IMG/VR virus record: IMGVR_UViG_3300043403_000102
Location: 1-64,000 of that record
DNA: 64,000 bases
From: a virus
Direction: 5' to 3' (one strand)
Each line of letters starts with the position of its first letter. Within the stretch, counting starts at the first letter, position 1. Shown here one piece after another: positions 53,480 to 62,919 of this stretch. Under the pieces are notes generated by a model that ran no database searches, was not told where the DNA came from, and worked only from the letters and a program-made list of their open reading frames with translations. The translations under genes were made by a program, and so were the position numbers.

Positions 53480-56053
53480 TCAAACGGGCAGACTTTTTAG
53501 GTGACCCCAGTCATCCCCGACCTCCACGTCCACGGCCATCGGCACCCCGCCGCTAGGCCACCGCAGCATCAGGCGTTTGGCCTCGGCGGCCACCCGCAAC
53601 ACGTCGGCGTCGGGTACCTCCAGCACGATGGAGTCGTGCACCGTCATGACGACCTTGGTCTTGGGCTCCTCGTCCAGGGTCCATCGCACGATCTCGACGA
53701 GGCTGGCCAGGCAGAAGCAATTCGCGATTCCTTGGATGGGGGTGTTCTGTGAGACGTTGACCCAGTGCCTTCGGATCTTCTCGTCCTCCTTGGTGCTGCC
53801 CTCTTGGCCCAGGCCATAGGCCGAACGACGGAACGTCCAATCAAGGCCGCTGCCCGGAGGGTTCCAAGACCACCGCAGCACGCCAGATACAGTGCCTTGA
53901 GCTTCTTGGTCGCGGCGCCACTTCGCCAGGCCCGCGTACTTGCCTAAGATCTTGTCGATGATGTTCTGCGCGGCATCGGTCGACATCCCCAAGGACTTAC
54001 CCAGGGCATAGGAGCCCTGGCCAAAGATGAGGCCGAAGTTCACGGCCTTGGCGGCGGACCGCTGGGTCTTGGTAACCTGAGCAATCGGCGTGTTGAAAGC
54101 CAGAGCGGCCGTGGCCTTGTGGAAGTCCTCGCCGCTTTCAAAAGCCTTAGCCATCGCAACGTCCCCGCTCAGCATCGCGGCAACCCGCAACTCCTGCTGA
54201 CTGTAGTCGAGCGAGACCAACTTCTTACCGTGAGGCGCGATGAAGCACCCACGCGCCCAAGACCCCTCGTCCCCCTCGACGTCGGGGCGGGTGATGTTCT
54301 GCATGTTGGGCCCCGACGAACTCAAGCGCCCCGTGCGCACGATCTTAAACGTCGTATGCACTCGCCCGTCGAGCACCGACATGTGCTTAAGCATCCCGAG
54401 CCCGTAGGTGCTGCGCTGCTTCTTGATGCCTGCGAAGTCCAGCAACAGGGCCACCGCGGGGTGTGAGGTCTTGAGCGCTTCAAGGGTGGCCGCGTCCGTG
54501 CTCGGCTTGCCCGTCGCGGTCTTGCTCATGACGGGCAGATTTAACTTTTCATACAGCAATTGAGCGATCTCATTGGGCGTGATCTTGATCTCATGCGGGG
54601 CCTTCTTGGTCGAACCAGGCCGCGGAAGCAACCACTCACGGGGGACCTCGGGGATGGCCGCCAGGGATTGAATACACTGGTTGAGCTTGTTCTCTAAGAA
54701 CATGTCATAGGCGCGCACGTTATCAGGGCTCAAGGCCATGCCGTTGCGCTCGACGTGGCCGAGCATCTCGAAGGCGGGGCCTATGAGCTTGGACCACGTA
54801 AGCTTCAACGCCTCAGGCATGGCCTTGGTCATCCAAGCATCAAGACGCGTAGTCGCGGCGATGTCGCGCCCGTTGTACGCGTGCAGCTTATCGACGGGCA
54901 TCTTGGCGAACCGTGCGCCCCCCTTGGCGTCCTCGTCGTCCTCGCCGCTCTTAGCGGCTTCCTTGTACCCGCCGAACCCCACGAGCCAGGACAGCGGGCC
55001 TAGCCCCGATAGGGCCTCGGGTTCTCGCAGGCGCGCCCACAGCATCAGGTCACGTTCGACCCCCTTAATGTCCACGCCGAACTGCCGGTAGATGGCGTGG
55101 CGATCGTGCTTGACGTTGACGTTGACCTTAGGGACTCGGTGGTCTTCCATGAGCGCCTTGAAGGCACGCTGAACCACGGGGGTCCCCAGGGCCTCGCGGC
55201 TGAGCACCAGGGGGGCGCATCCACCATGGCCAATGCCTACGCATAGCAGCGCGAAGTCGCGCCCCCATAGGCTGCCTGCATGCTCAACGTCAACCACCAG
55301 ATTCCCGGGCGTCGTTGGCCCTTTGTATTTGTAGTCCCAGTGGATGTCGCACAACCTCTGGGCCGCCTCTATCGGGTCGGGTACCAAAGTCACCCCTGCG
55401 GGTTGCACGGGTAGCTCGGACGTCAGAGCCCAGGCCAGGTCTCTCTCGAACGTGATGCGTATAAAGCGATTGCGAATGCTGACGGTGTGGTCGCCCAAAA
55501 TGAATGCGGGGATCCCCCGCACCATCCCCCAGGCGTGCCGCAGGTAGGTCGCATCTACATACCGCCCGAACGCGGACTGTATCGCGTGGTTACCGATGAG
55601 AATGATCCGGCTCGGCTTCGACTGCTCGATGTCGTTCAGCAAGTAGGGGCGGCACTTCTCGATCGTGTCGGTCTCGGGGGACTTCCCGACGGAACACCCG
55701 ATGGCATAGGTCAGGTTGACGCCGTCGGGGCATATGCGCTCAGCCAACCTGCGCACGTAAACGGACGAATGACTTGAGAAGGACCTGCCGCTGTGTGCCT
55801 CGTCGCGCGTGGGCGAGGGCAGCACGACGAGCGGCAAGCCAGGCGTAATAACAGGTGCCCCCATGCAGACGGTGGGGCTCTTGGTGTAAGCCTCGCAAGC
55901 CGTACATCCCGGAGTTCGCGCACGGGCTGCGTTCGCTCCCAACGTATCGAGCCCAGGGTTCCAAGGCTCCCACAGAGGCAGCGAGCGCGTGGGCTGCTCG
56001 GCCGTGGGTTCCAGAGGGTAAACCCGGTTATTCCAGTCGTCCCAGGGCTTCAC
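53480..56053 (-). CDS. Family A DNA polymerase with N-terminal UDG-like domain (SPO1-type architecture)
   Basis: DVEH exonuclease, TGRLSSSGPNMQNI, DYSQQELR, RSAAKAVNFG, VHDS; N-terminal CxxC..C..C..CRPYL; start placed at GTG 56053. Confidence 0.95.
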   Translation of the reverse strand: MKPWDDWNNRVYPLEPTAEQPTRSLPLWEPWNPGLDTLGANAARARTPGCTACEAYTKSPTVCMGAPVITPGLPLVVLPSPTRDEAHSGRSFSSHSSVYVRRLAERICPDGVNLTYAIGCSVGKSPETDTIEKCRPYLLNDIEQSKPSRIILIGNHAIQSAFGRYVDATYLRHAWGMVRGIPAFILGDHTVSIRNRFIRITFERDLAWALTSELPVQPAGVTLVPDPIEAAQRLCDIHWDYKYKGPTTPGNLVVDVEHAGSLWGRDFALLCVGIGHGGCAPLVLSREALGTPVVQRAFKALMEDHRVPKVNVNVKHDRHAIYRQFGVDIKGVERDLMLWARLREPEALSGLGPLSWLVGFGGYKEAAKSGEDDEDAKGGARFAKMPVDKLHAYNGRDIAATTRLDAWMTKAMPEALKLTWSKLIGPAFEMLGHVERNGMALSPDNVRAYDMFLENKLNQCIQSLAAIPEVPREWLLPRPGSTKKAPHEIKITPNEIAQLLYEKLNLPVMSKTATGKPSTDAATLEALKTSHPAVALLLDFAGIKKQRSTYGLGMLKHMSVLDGRVHTTFKIVRTGRLSSSGPNMQNITRPDVEGDEGSWARGCFIAPHGKKLVSLDYSQQELRVAAMLSGDVAMAKAFESGEDFHKATAALAFNTPIAQVTKTQRSAAKAVNFGLIFGQGSYALGKSLGMSTDAAQNIIDKILGKYAGLAKWRRDQEAQGTVSGVLRWSWNPPGSGLDWTFRRSAYGLGQEGSTKEDEKIRRHWVNVSQNTPIQGIANCFCLASLVEIVRWTLDEEPKTKVVMTVHDSIVLEVPDADVLRVAAEAKRLMLRWPSGGVPMAVDVEVGDDWGHLKSLPV

Positions 56054-56055
56054 CG

Positions 56056-56676
56056 CTACAGCGCTCCTTCGATCCCCTTGTTGGTGCACTGACGGCGAAC
56101 GCGCTCTTCGAGCTTGCCGTCCTTGTGAATCTTGTCGATGGCGGGGCTGATGTTCGCATCACGCAGGTGCTCGACGAACTTCCACACGTCGGCGTAGGTC
56201 TTGGCGCCGCTGTCTCGGATGGCGTCGACGATCTCACCGAGCAGGGTCATGCGTGCGTAGGCAGACACGTCCGTCGAAATGACTGTGCCCTTGGCTTTAA
56301 CGGGTGCCTGCGCCGCCGGTGGCTCCTCGTCCATCTCGCGCTTGATATCCGCCGAGGTCATGGTCGACAGCGTCGGCGGTACCACGGGGGCTGCGCCACC
56401 GAGCGTAAGCTTGGGCTTAATCCCAATTGTAAGCGGGGGCGCGGCGGCCGAGCCCGGACCCCCGCGAAGCAGTGCGGGAGCTTCGGTGAATATCTCCTTG
56501 AGCTGAACTGTCGCTTCGGCCGTCGAAGGCGGGGCCGCTTCGGGCGCAATCCCGAGAAGCTGCTGCACCTCCTTCCATGAAGTTACCCCCTCAATGGTCA
56601 AGGCGTGGCCAGTCCAGTTGATGCCGTACGCATTGCCGTTAATTTTTATCGCGGCCGAGATCGCTCTTATTTCCAT
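56056..56676 (-). CDS. Hypothetical protein
   Basis: Start MEIRAIS with AAGGA SD, downstream of promoter motif. Confidence 0.6.
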   Translation of the reverse strand: MEIRAISAAIKINGNAYGINWTGHALTIEGVTSWKEVQQLLGIAPEAAPPSTAEATVQLKEIFTEAPALLRGGPGSAAAPPLTIGIKPKLTLGGAAPVVPPTLSTMTSADIKREMDEEPPAAQAPVKAKGTVISTDVSAYARMTLLGEIVDAIRDSGAKTYADVWKFVEHLRDANISPAIDKIHKDGKLEERVRRQCTNKGIEGAL

Positions 56677-56714
56677 GGTCGTTTGGTCCTTTTCTTCTTG
56701 CTTGTGCTGAATTG

Positions 56715-56741
56715 TATTTAGGGAAGGGGTCCGGGGTTTAC
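56715..56741 (-). promoter_or_regulatory. GTAAAC-N15-TAAATA motif, copy 7
   Basis: Spacer 15. Confidence 0.7.
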
Positions 56742-57589
56742 CCCACGATGTACCGATCGACCTCTCGCTTGAGCACGCCCGGGTCGGTGCCGGGGGGCAG
56801 GTGACACCAGCGCACGTCGTCGGCTCCTCGCAGGCGTAGACGCATCGCCAGGGCCGCGCACTCCTCCCAAGCGTCACCGTCGAGGCAAAAGATGATGCGT
56901 GATCCTGTTACCTCGACGGCTTCCAACCAGGCAAGCTGCTCCTCGGTGACGTTCTTGCCGAACGTGGCCACACCACACGGATACAGTGCAAGCGCATCGA
57001 GAACGCCCTCGACCACGTAGACGCTGGCCTTCCATCCGAGATCCTGCCCCCAAAGGGTCCCTCGACGGTTCATGCCTTTTGGGTATAGATACTTAGGCTC
57101 GACCTTCGGGTGAATTGTGCGCGCGCTGAAGCCCGCATACTGCCCGGAGACAATGTGCGGAACGATGATGCGCCCGGCATAGTACCCCCGCGCAGCCACA
57201 AGCACCCCGGCTTGAAGTGCCTCCTCAAGCAGGTTGCGCTTGCGCAGGTAGGCGATGAATGCACGATGGTCAGAAGATCTTGGGTCAAGGGGATCGGCGT
57301 CCTCGGGCATCGGTTCGAGGGTGACCTCGACCTTGACCTTCTCGGCCAGCACCTCAACGTCTAAGATCTCAGAAACGTCGGCCTTGCCACCCGAGCCGCA
57401 GCGATAGCAGTTGTACAGGCCGTTCTCGGCGTTGAGCTGCATCTTGTACTTGCGGTCGGCTTCGCCGGTCTTTAGCTCGCAGAACGGGCAGCACGTCGCA
57501 TACTCCCCTCGGGCGTTGGGGCCCTTGGTGCCGTGCTCGGCCACCGCACGCGCGATGACCTTCGAGACCTTGGTGAGGGGCTTCTTCAT
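56738..57589 (-). CDS. DNA primase (Zn finger + Toprim)
   Basis: CPFC..CYRC, RIIVP, PKYLYP, VVEGVLDA, LDGD, DPG. Confidence 0.92.
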   Translation of the reverse strand: MKKPLTKVSKVIARAVAEHGTKGPNARGEYATCCPFCELKTGEADRKYKMQLNAENGLYNCYRCGSGGKADVSEILDVEVLAEKVKVEVTLEPMPEDADPLDPRSSDHRAFIAYLRKRNLLEEALQAGVLVAARGYYAGRIIVPHIVSGQYAGFSARTIHPKVEPKYLYPKGMNRRGTLWGQDLGWKASVYVVEGVLDALALYPCGVATFGKNVTEEQLAWLEAVEVTGSRIIFCLDGDAWEECAALAMRLRLRGADDVRWCHLPPGTDPGVLKREVDRYIVG

Positions 57590-58923
57590 AGGGCACCTTC
57601 CTCGTCAGCCGTGAGCGCCTGACCCCCGCGAATGAACTGCCCATAGGCGAAGCCATTGTGGTACGGGCCGACGACCGCCCCGCTTTGAGCATACCGGCAC
57701 CACCCGACGTTCAACCTTACGAGGCCGTTCTGTCGCTCCTCCTCGGTGCCGCAGATGGCGATACCAACGTCCGAGATCGCAGCCTTCATGAAGCTGTCCG
57801 CGATGTCCGCCATCGACACGACCTCCTTCGATAAGCTGTCTCGCTTAGCCCACGACGCCGTCCAAAAGCGCGTGCGGTACTTCACGGCAAGGCCTCGAAG
57901 CTCGGAGTACACCCCGCCGAGCGCCCCGTACTTGTTGTCAAAGGACCCTAGGCTTTGCATAAGGTCGCCCGAGTCCACGATGACCACGGTGGGTTCAAGC
58001 CCACGTTCGGCACGCAACATCTGGAGATGCTCGTCGATGTCCTTGGCCGTGGTGCTGTAGCTAGGGAACTGCTTGATGACGAGACAGCCCCCCATCGTGT
58101 TGACGAAGTCCATGACCTTCGAGTTAACGAAGTCGGCGCGCTTGTTCAGCTCGTCGATGAGCACGTCGGCGATGGACGCGTCGATGCGATCGATAAGGTC
58201 CGACTCGCTCATCTCAAGGCTGTAGTACACGACGGTGCCCCCGCACTCCATCGTGTACTTTGCGATATGTCCCAGCAGTTGGCTCTTGCCGAACTTGGGG
58301 GCCCCGAGGATGGTGCCGAGTTCACCGGCAGCCAGGCCCCCACGGATCATGTCGTCAAGGTCCGAAATACCGGTACCCAGACGAGGGGGGCGCTTGTTGA
58401 GGCGCCGTGCCTCGGTACGGGTTTCGAGGTCGCCTAGGTAGTCCGCGCCCATGCTGATGTCGACGAGACCGATGCTGGCGGCCTTGTCGATCTTGGCGCG
58501 GATGGCCTCGTAATCCCCGCGCGGAAGGATGGCGAGGGATTCGTTCATGGCGTTCCACATCGCCACCTTGCGGGCCTCGCCTAGGAAGGCCTCTTGGACA
58601 AATAGGCCGTCCGCTCGTGGGATCTCCTCGGCGTACTCGAAAGCCTGGGACGCGCCGATGAGTTGGTCGTTGGTGACCTTGCCCGAGTTTACCCGTGCGC
58701 GGATGTCCTGAAGGACGACGATGCTAGTCGGGGGTTTGTTGTGGCGCTTGTACAGGGCAACGGCGGACTCGACGATGAGTTGAAGCTCAGGCTTCCCCAT
58801 ACGAGCTGGTGCCAAGAACGGAGCCACACGCTGGAACAAGAGGGGGTCTGCGAAGAACTGATAGATGGACGCATACTGGAAGTCGACTTCAAAGGGATAG
58901 GGCTCGGTTGAGGGTGCGGGCAC
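57586..58923 (-). CDS. DnaB-like replicative helicase
   Basis: TG..LD..GGL..GEL..GAPKFGKS, YSLEMS, IVDSGD, WTAS. Confidence 0.92.
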   Translation of the reverse strand: MPAPSTEPYPFEVDFQYASIYQFFADPLLFQRVAPFLAPARMGKPELQLIVESAVALYKRHNKPPTSIVVLQDIRARVNSGKVTNDQLIGASQAFEYAEEIPRADGLFVQEAFLGEARKVAMWNAMNESLAILPRGDYEAIRAKIDKAASIGLVDISMGADYLGDLETRTEARRLNKRPPRLGTGISDLDDMIRGGLAAGELGTILGAPKFGKSQLLGHIAKYTMECGGTVVYYSLEMSESDLIDRIDASIADVLIDELNKRADFVNSKVMDFVNTMGGCLVIKQFPSYSTTAKDIDEHLQMLRAERGLEPTVVIVDSGDLMQSLGSFDNKYGALGGVYSELRGLAVKYRTRFWTASWAKRDSLSKEVVSMADIADSFMKAAISDVGIAICGTEEERQNGLVRLNVGWCRYAQSGAVVGPYHNGFAYGQFIRGGQALTADEEGAL

Positions 58924-59419
58924 TTTCGATCCATTCTCGCCACTGGCGGCGTCGGTCGGCCTTAGACTGGTACGTTAACGGAGCAAGCACTTCACCGGAA
59001 CGTTGCCGATAATAAGGCAACCAACAAATCACCGCCTTCAAACTGATAACCTCGCTGCGATAAGGGGTGCGCCCCTTCAACTGACGCATGCGGCGCATGA
59101 CAAAGGTGACGTAAGCGTCGAAGCTGACACGAGCCCGTATAATGAGCACCGCTGCCGTCGAATAGGCAGCGCGTTGGTTTTCCGTGATGATCGAACGGGT
59201 GTTAGGCTTGGTAAGCAGGTTGCGCTCGTAGGCGACGAGCAACCTATCGACGGCCGAGTCAAGGTTGATGAACCCGTTCGGTAGGTTGTCAGGCCGCTTG
59301 ATCTCATCACGAGACACGGCATCCATGGGGGGTGGTGCAACCCATTCACCGGGGCACAGAGCACCCAGCGATCTACCTATGCGCTTGTCGTTCGTCCATA
59401 TGGGGGGTCGTCGCTGCAT
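58889..59419 (-). CDS. Hypothetical protein upstream of helicase (possible loader)
   Basis: GAGAGGA SD; position. Confidence 0.55.
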   Translation of the reverse strand: MQRRPPIWTNDKRIGRSLGALCPGEWVAPPPMDAVSRDEIKRPDNLPNGFINLDSAVDRLLVAYERNLLTKPNTRSIITENQRAAYSTAAVLIIRARVSFDAYVTFVMRRMRQLKGRTPYRSEVISLKAVICWLPYYRQRSGEVLAPLTYQSKADRRRQWREWIESARTLNRALSL

Positions 59420-59435
59420 TGGTCCTCTCGATGTC

Positions 59436-59461
59436 TATTTAGATTGAGGTGGTTGGTTTAC
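59436..59461 (-). promoter_or_regulatory. GTAAAC-N14-TAAATA motif, copy 8
   Basis: Exact spacing. Confidence 0.75.
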
Positions 59462-59804
59462 CTGTAAGAACCTCACGCACCGCAAGTGCTGCGGTTTGCC
59501 AAGCACCTACCTGCTGCGCAGCCGGAAGCCTGTCAAGGCTCAAGGCCAAACGGGCTGCCAGCGTACACAACAAACCAACCCCTGGGGCTAGAAGATGATC
59601 GGCGGTTAGACGATCGCGGAGGTGTGCAAGAACGCACACCTCTAAACTCGTTGGGGTATCAGCACGCCACACACCACGCTGCTTAAGTAGGTTGACGACT
59701 TCGATCACACCATCAACGGCATCATTCGATGTCGCAAGGTGCCTATGCATGTGTCGTTGCGCCTTCGTAGGCAGGCCTGTATTTACCCATCTCTTCTTCA
59801 TCAA
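59439..59804 (-). CDS. Hypothetical protein
   Basis: GAGGGG SD; ORF ends inside the promoter motif. Confidence 0.5.
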   Translation of the reverse strand: MMKKRWVNTGLPTKAQRHMHRHLATSNDAVDGVIEVVNLLKQRGVWRADTPTSLEVCVLAHLRDRLTADHLLAPGVGLLCTLAARLALSLDRLPAAQQVGAWQTAALAVREVLTGKPTTSI

Positions 59805-60720
59805 TTACCCCTCTCTTTCCTGCTTTGAATACACCCCGGCCTTTCCACCCCTTTGACATTCCCTTGTGCTGTAACCCAGCAGGGGAGACGTCACGTCTGG
59901 TGTAGATGCCTTGCGTCTGAAAGAGTGAATGATCTACTGCTGCTAACTCAGGTCGTACTAGCTGCGAGGCTTAGCAAGGAGATCTCCTATATCGACCCTG
60001 ATGGTTGAACACGTCGGGGGCACTTCCGTTCCCCGTGCTTGCCATATCTTCAATCCATCGAAGGTCTTCGATGAGGGTCCCCCCTCATCAGGCGATCTCA
60101 ACGCGGCCGACGCTATGCTGTACAGCGTGGGTGGTTGAGGCAATTTTTGTCAATTGGACGCTTAAGTCTCTGACAGTAGATCAAAGCGACTCGCTTTGTG
60201 CTGTTCGATCTCGCTATATGGCCAAGGACCGCGAGCTTGAGGTCGTGTCCCTCTGGAAGCCGCTTGCCCATCTACATCCTCCCGTCGCCCGGACTGCTCC
60301 GCCGTAACATCATTCTCTGTCGATCTTGAATCCGTACCTAGGTCGCAGTCGGTTGACGCTGCGACAAACTGCTTACGGTGATGCACTCGACATGAAGTTT
60401 GATGCCACCTCGTGGCGGTAGAAACGGTGCCCCTTTGAAAGCCAAGGCATGTAGTTGCACTTCACTAGCGTTGAGATCGGTTTTGTTTGTCAACCAGCAT
60501 CAGTTGTCGTATTCTGCGAAAGCTCGGTTAACAACCGAGGGCAGCATCTGAGATTGGTTTCTTTGTGGTGATTGTTTCCCTCTCTTGGCTGCTGTTGAGC
60601 CCCCACCGAGTTCGAGCTCGGCTGGGGGCTTTTCCTTTTTCAAGGAAGCTCCGGGGTTAATGATGCGCGGCAATTATTACCTCTGGTCCAGGCCCGAGGG
60701 GTAGGAAATTTTTCAGCCTG
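59805..60720. other. Palindrome-rich non-coding region (candidate origin or large structured RNA)
   Basis: Largest gene-free gap, lower GC, at least 9 inverted repeats. Confidence 0.55.
60598..60640 (+). terminator. Intrinsic terminator-like hairpin on the plus strand
   Basis: agcccccaccgag-ttcgag-ctcggctgggggct followed by tttccttttt. Confidence 0.55.
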
Positions 60721-60723
60721 TTT

Positions 60724-61047
60724 CTAATTGCCTGAATCCTTTGGGGTTTTTTCTTCCGACCGGACCACGTGCTTGGCGATGAACTCGTCGTACTTCAGGC
60801 CCGTGAGGCCCTTGCACATGGCGTCCATCAGGGTCCGTTGCCGGTCAAGGGCCCCGCTGAGAAGGCCGATCATCCGGTCGGCCCTTCGGTTGACCTCGCG
60901 CAGCCTGACGTGGTGGGCGGCCAATGAGATTGCCAAGATCCCCAGAATCGGCCCCGTGAACCACGTTGGGGAGTGACGCACCAGCAGGTACCCCAACCCC
61001 GCCGAGAACCCCACCACGAGGGCTGCCTGCACCTTGTTGGAGGTCAT
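60724..61047 (-). CDS. Two-TM membrane protein
   Basis: Two hydrophobic segments then a charged tail. Confidence 0.6.
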   Translation of the reverse strand: MTSNKVQAALVVGFSAGLGYLLVRHSPTWFTGPILGILAISLAAHHVRLREVNRRADRMIGLLSGALDRQRTLMDAMCKGLTGLKYDEFIAKHVVRSEEKTPKDSGN

Positions 61048-61256
61048 GATGTGATGTCACCTACGTCGTCGTCTTCGTACTCCCCGTCGAACCCGCACCG
61101 GCAGCAGGGCTTCTCATCCCACCAGCAAGCGCAGTGCTTCTTGTCTTCGCTGTCCTTGCAGTACCCGTGCTCGGGCCTATTGGTTCTCTCCATCTCGGCG
61201 ATGGCCGCGTTTACGTAGGCGATGGCGGCATCGAGTGCTTTGGTGTTGTTGCTCAT
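61044..61256 (-). CDS. Small Cys-rich protein
   Basis: C..HCACWW...CCRCG. Confidence 0.6.
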   Translation of the reverse strand: MSNNTKALDAAIAYVNAAIAEMERTNRPEHGYCKDSEDKKHCACWWDEKPCCRCGFDGEYEDDDVGDITS

Positions 61257-62650
61257 AGGCGCCCCCTCATCAACTGGGTCTCTTCGTTCGATACCAGGCG
61301 CACGTCATGTCCCGTCTGAGCGTACAGGGTCCTGCGGGTGCGCGCGTGGTCCTCAAGCCAGGGGTTGCCTATGTCGGCGAGATCCCACACCTCGCACGTC
61401 GTCTTCCCCTCGGCGATGCGCTTCACACGCCCTATGCGCTGGATGATCTTGATGGTGGACTTGCCAGCCCCCGCCACAACCACAGAGGCCAGCTCAGGGA
61501 TGTCCACCCCCTCGTCGAATACAGGGGTAGCAATCGCAACGTCGAGTTCGCCCCTGCGCATGCGATTGATGGTGTCGAGTCGGCTCAAGGCCCCATCAGC
61601 CCCGTGCACGAGTCGAACAGTGACCCCTAGGCGCTTCTCAAGCAACGGCTTTAGGGCCTTGCCATGTTCAAGGTGACTGACGAACACCAAGCACGGCTTC
61701 GCCGCGCCCTTGACGATCGCTGCGATGGTCAGGTTGCGGGTCTCGCTCGTCGCGACCAGCGCATGGTACGCGTCCTGCCACGTCTCCGCGGTCAGCCTTT
61801 GAATGCACGGCACGAGTCGCACGACGGGGGCCGACAGCTTCCCCAGGTCCACCAGGCCCTGCTCCCTGGCCGAATAGATCGGCTCCCCCAACGCCCCCAC
61901 CACCAGAACGTTCCGGCTGTCCCCGCGCTCAAGCGGCGTGGCCGAGAACCCGAACCGCCAATAGGCGTTGTGTGTCGCGTTAAGAACGGGCAGGAAACCC
62001 GTGGCTGAAGCGGTGTGGCATTCGTCTACGATAAGGCCCCTGGCTTCGCCCAGGAGGCGCTGGACGTGGGCCGTGCCCAAACCCCTAGCCAGGGTCTGGA
62101 ACGTCGCCACGGTCGCGCGCTGGGGGTCCCAGGTACCGTCCCCGACGGTGCCGCAGGTCTCCCCGGTCCTGGAGGTAATCCGGGCGGCCAACTGGCCCAG
62201 GAGGGACGTCGTATGGACCAGGACGACCCAGGGCCCCGGGATGGCTGCAACCAGGGCGGCTATGACCTCGCCCTTGCCTGCCCCGGTGGGGGCCTTGACC
62301 AGCCCTCGACCGGCCTTCAGGCAGGCCGCCAGCATCTGGGGCTGCTCTCGTTCGGTGTCGAGCCAGGACGTGTCGGCCTTCGAATCGGGTTCGATGCGGG
62401 TCCGCCGGTCCAAGATATCAACCCGGTGCCCTGCTCGCTCGGCCCCTCGGCGCACGGGCCCCAGGAACCCCGTGGGGAATGTATTCGCCACCGCGTTGAA
62501 CATCCGCTGACGTGTGTCCCCTCGGGGCACCCTTGCTCCTGGGATGCGGGCCTGTGGGGGTTGGAAGCTCAGGTACCCGTCGAGCCAGGCGTGCTCGGCA
62601 GCCGTGCCGTTGACGACGCGGGTGTCTACGTTCCCGATGTGTAGGTGCAT
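61253..62650 (-). CDS. SF2 DEAD/DEAH-box helicase (UvsW-like)
   Basis: PTGAGKG, VDECH, SATP, EGVDIP, QRIGRVKR. Confidence 0.95.
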   Translation of the reverse strand: MHLHIGNVDTRVVNGTAAEHAWLDGYLSFQPPQARIPGARVPRGDTRQRMFNAVANTFPTGFLGPVRRGAERAGHRVDILDRRTRIEPDSKADTSWLDTEREQPQMLAACLKAGRGLVKAPTGAGKGEVIAALVAAIPGPWVVLVHTTSLLGQLAARITSRTGETCGTVGDGTWDPQRATVATFQTLARGLGTAHVQRLLGEARGLIVDECHTASATGFLPVLNATHNAYWRFGFSATPLERGDSRNVLVVGALGEPIYSAREQGLVDLGKLSAPVVRLVPCIQRLTAETWQDAYHALVATSETRNLTIAAIVKGAAKPCLVFVSHLEHGKALKPLLEKRLGVTVRLVHGADGALSRLDTINRMRRGELDVAIATPVFDEGVDIPELASVVVAGAGKSTIKIIQRIGRVKRIAEGKTTCEVWDLADIGNPWLEDHARTRRTLYAQTGHDVRLVSNEETQLMRGRL

Positions 62651-62654
62651 CGGG

Positions 62655-62909
62655 TCACGCGCGCTTGCCGTAGGCGGGTCCGCACAAGGTCTTGAGGTCG
62701 CCCGCGTGGACGAACACCCGCTTCAAGCCCGCGCGCTGCGTGCGCAGAACCTGCTTGGCGATCCATCCGTACACCGTTGATAGGGGCGTTCCACTCACGC
62801 GTGCGGCCTCCGATGGAGTGATCCAGCCATCTTTAGCGAGCGCGGCCGCAAGTCGCGGTTGCTTAGGTCCTGGAGGACAGCCGCGCGGTTTCATTGGTGT
62901 TGGGGCCAT
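62655..62909 (-). CDS. Excisionase/MerR-type HTH DNA-binding protein
   Basis: WITPSEAARVSGTPLSTVYGWI. Confidence 0.75.
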   Translation of the reverse strand: MAPTPMKPRGCPPGPKQPRLAAALAKDGWITPSEAARVSGTPLSTVYGWIAKQVLRTQRAGLKRVFVHAGDLKTLCGPAYGKRA

Positions 62910-62919
62910 GAGGGTTTGC

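Noticed and set aside
59958-60386. Short ORFs in the palindromic region
   Set aside because: Non-ATG starts, no SD, atypical codon usage, no motifs
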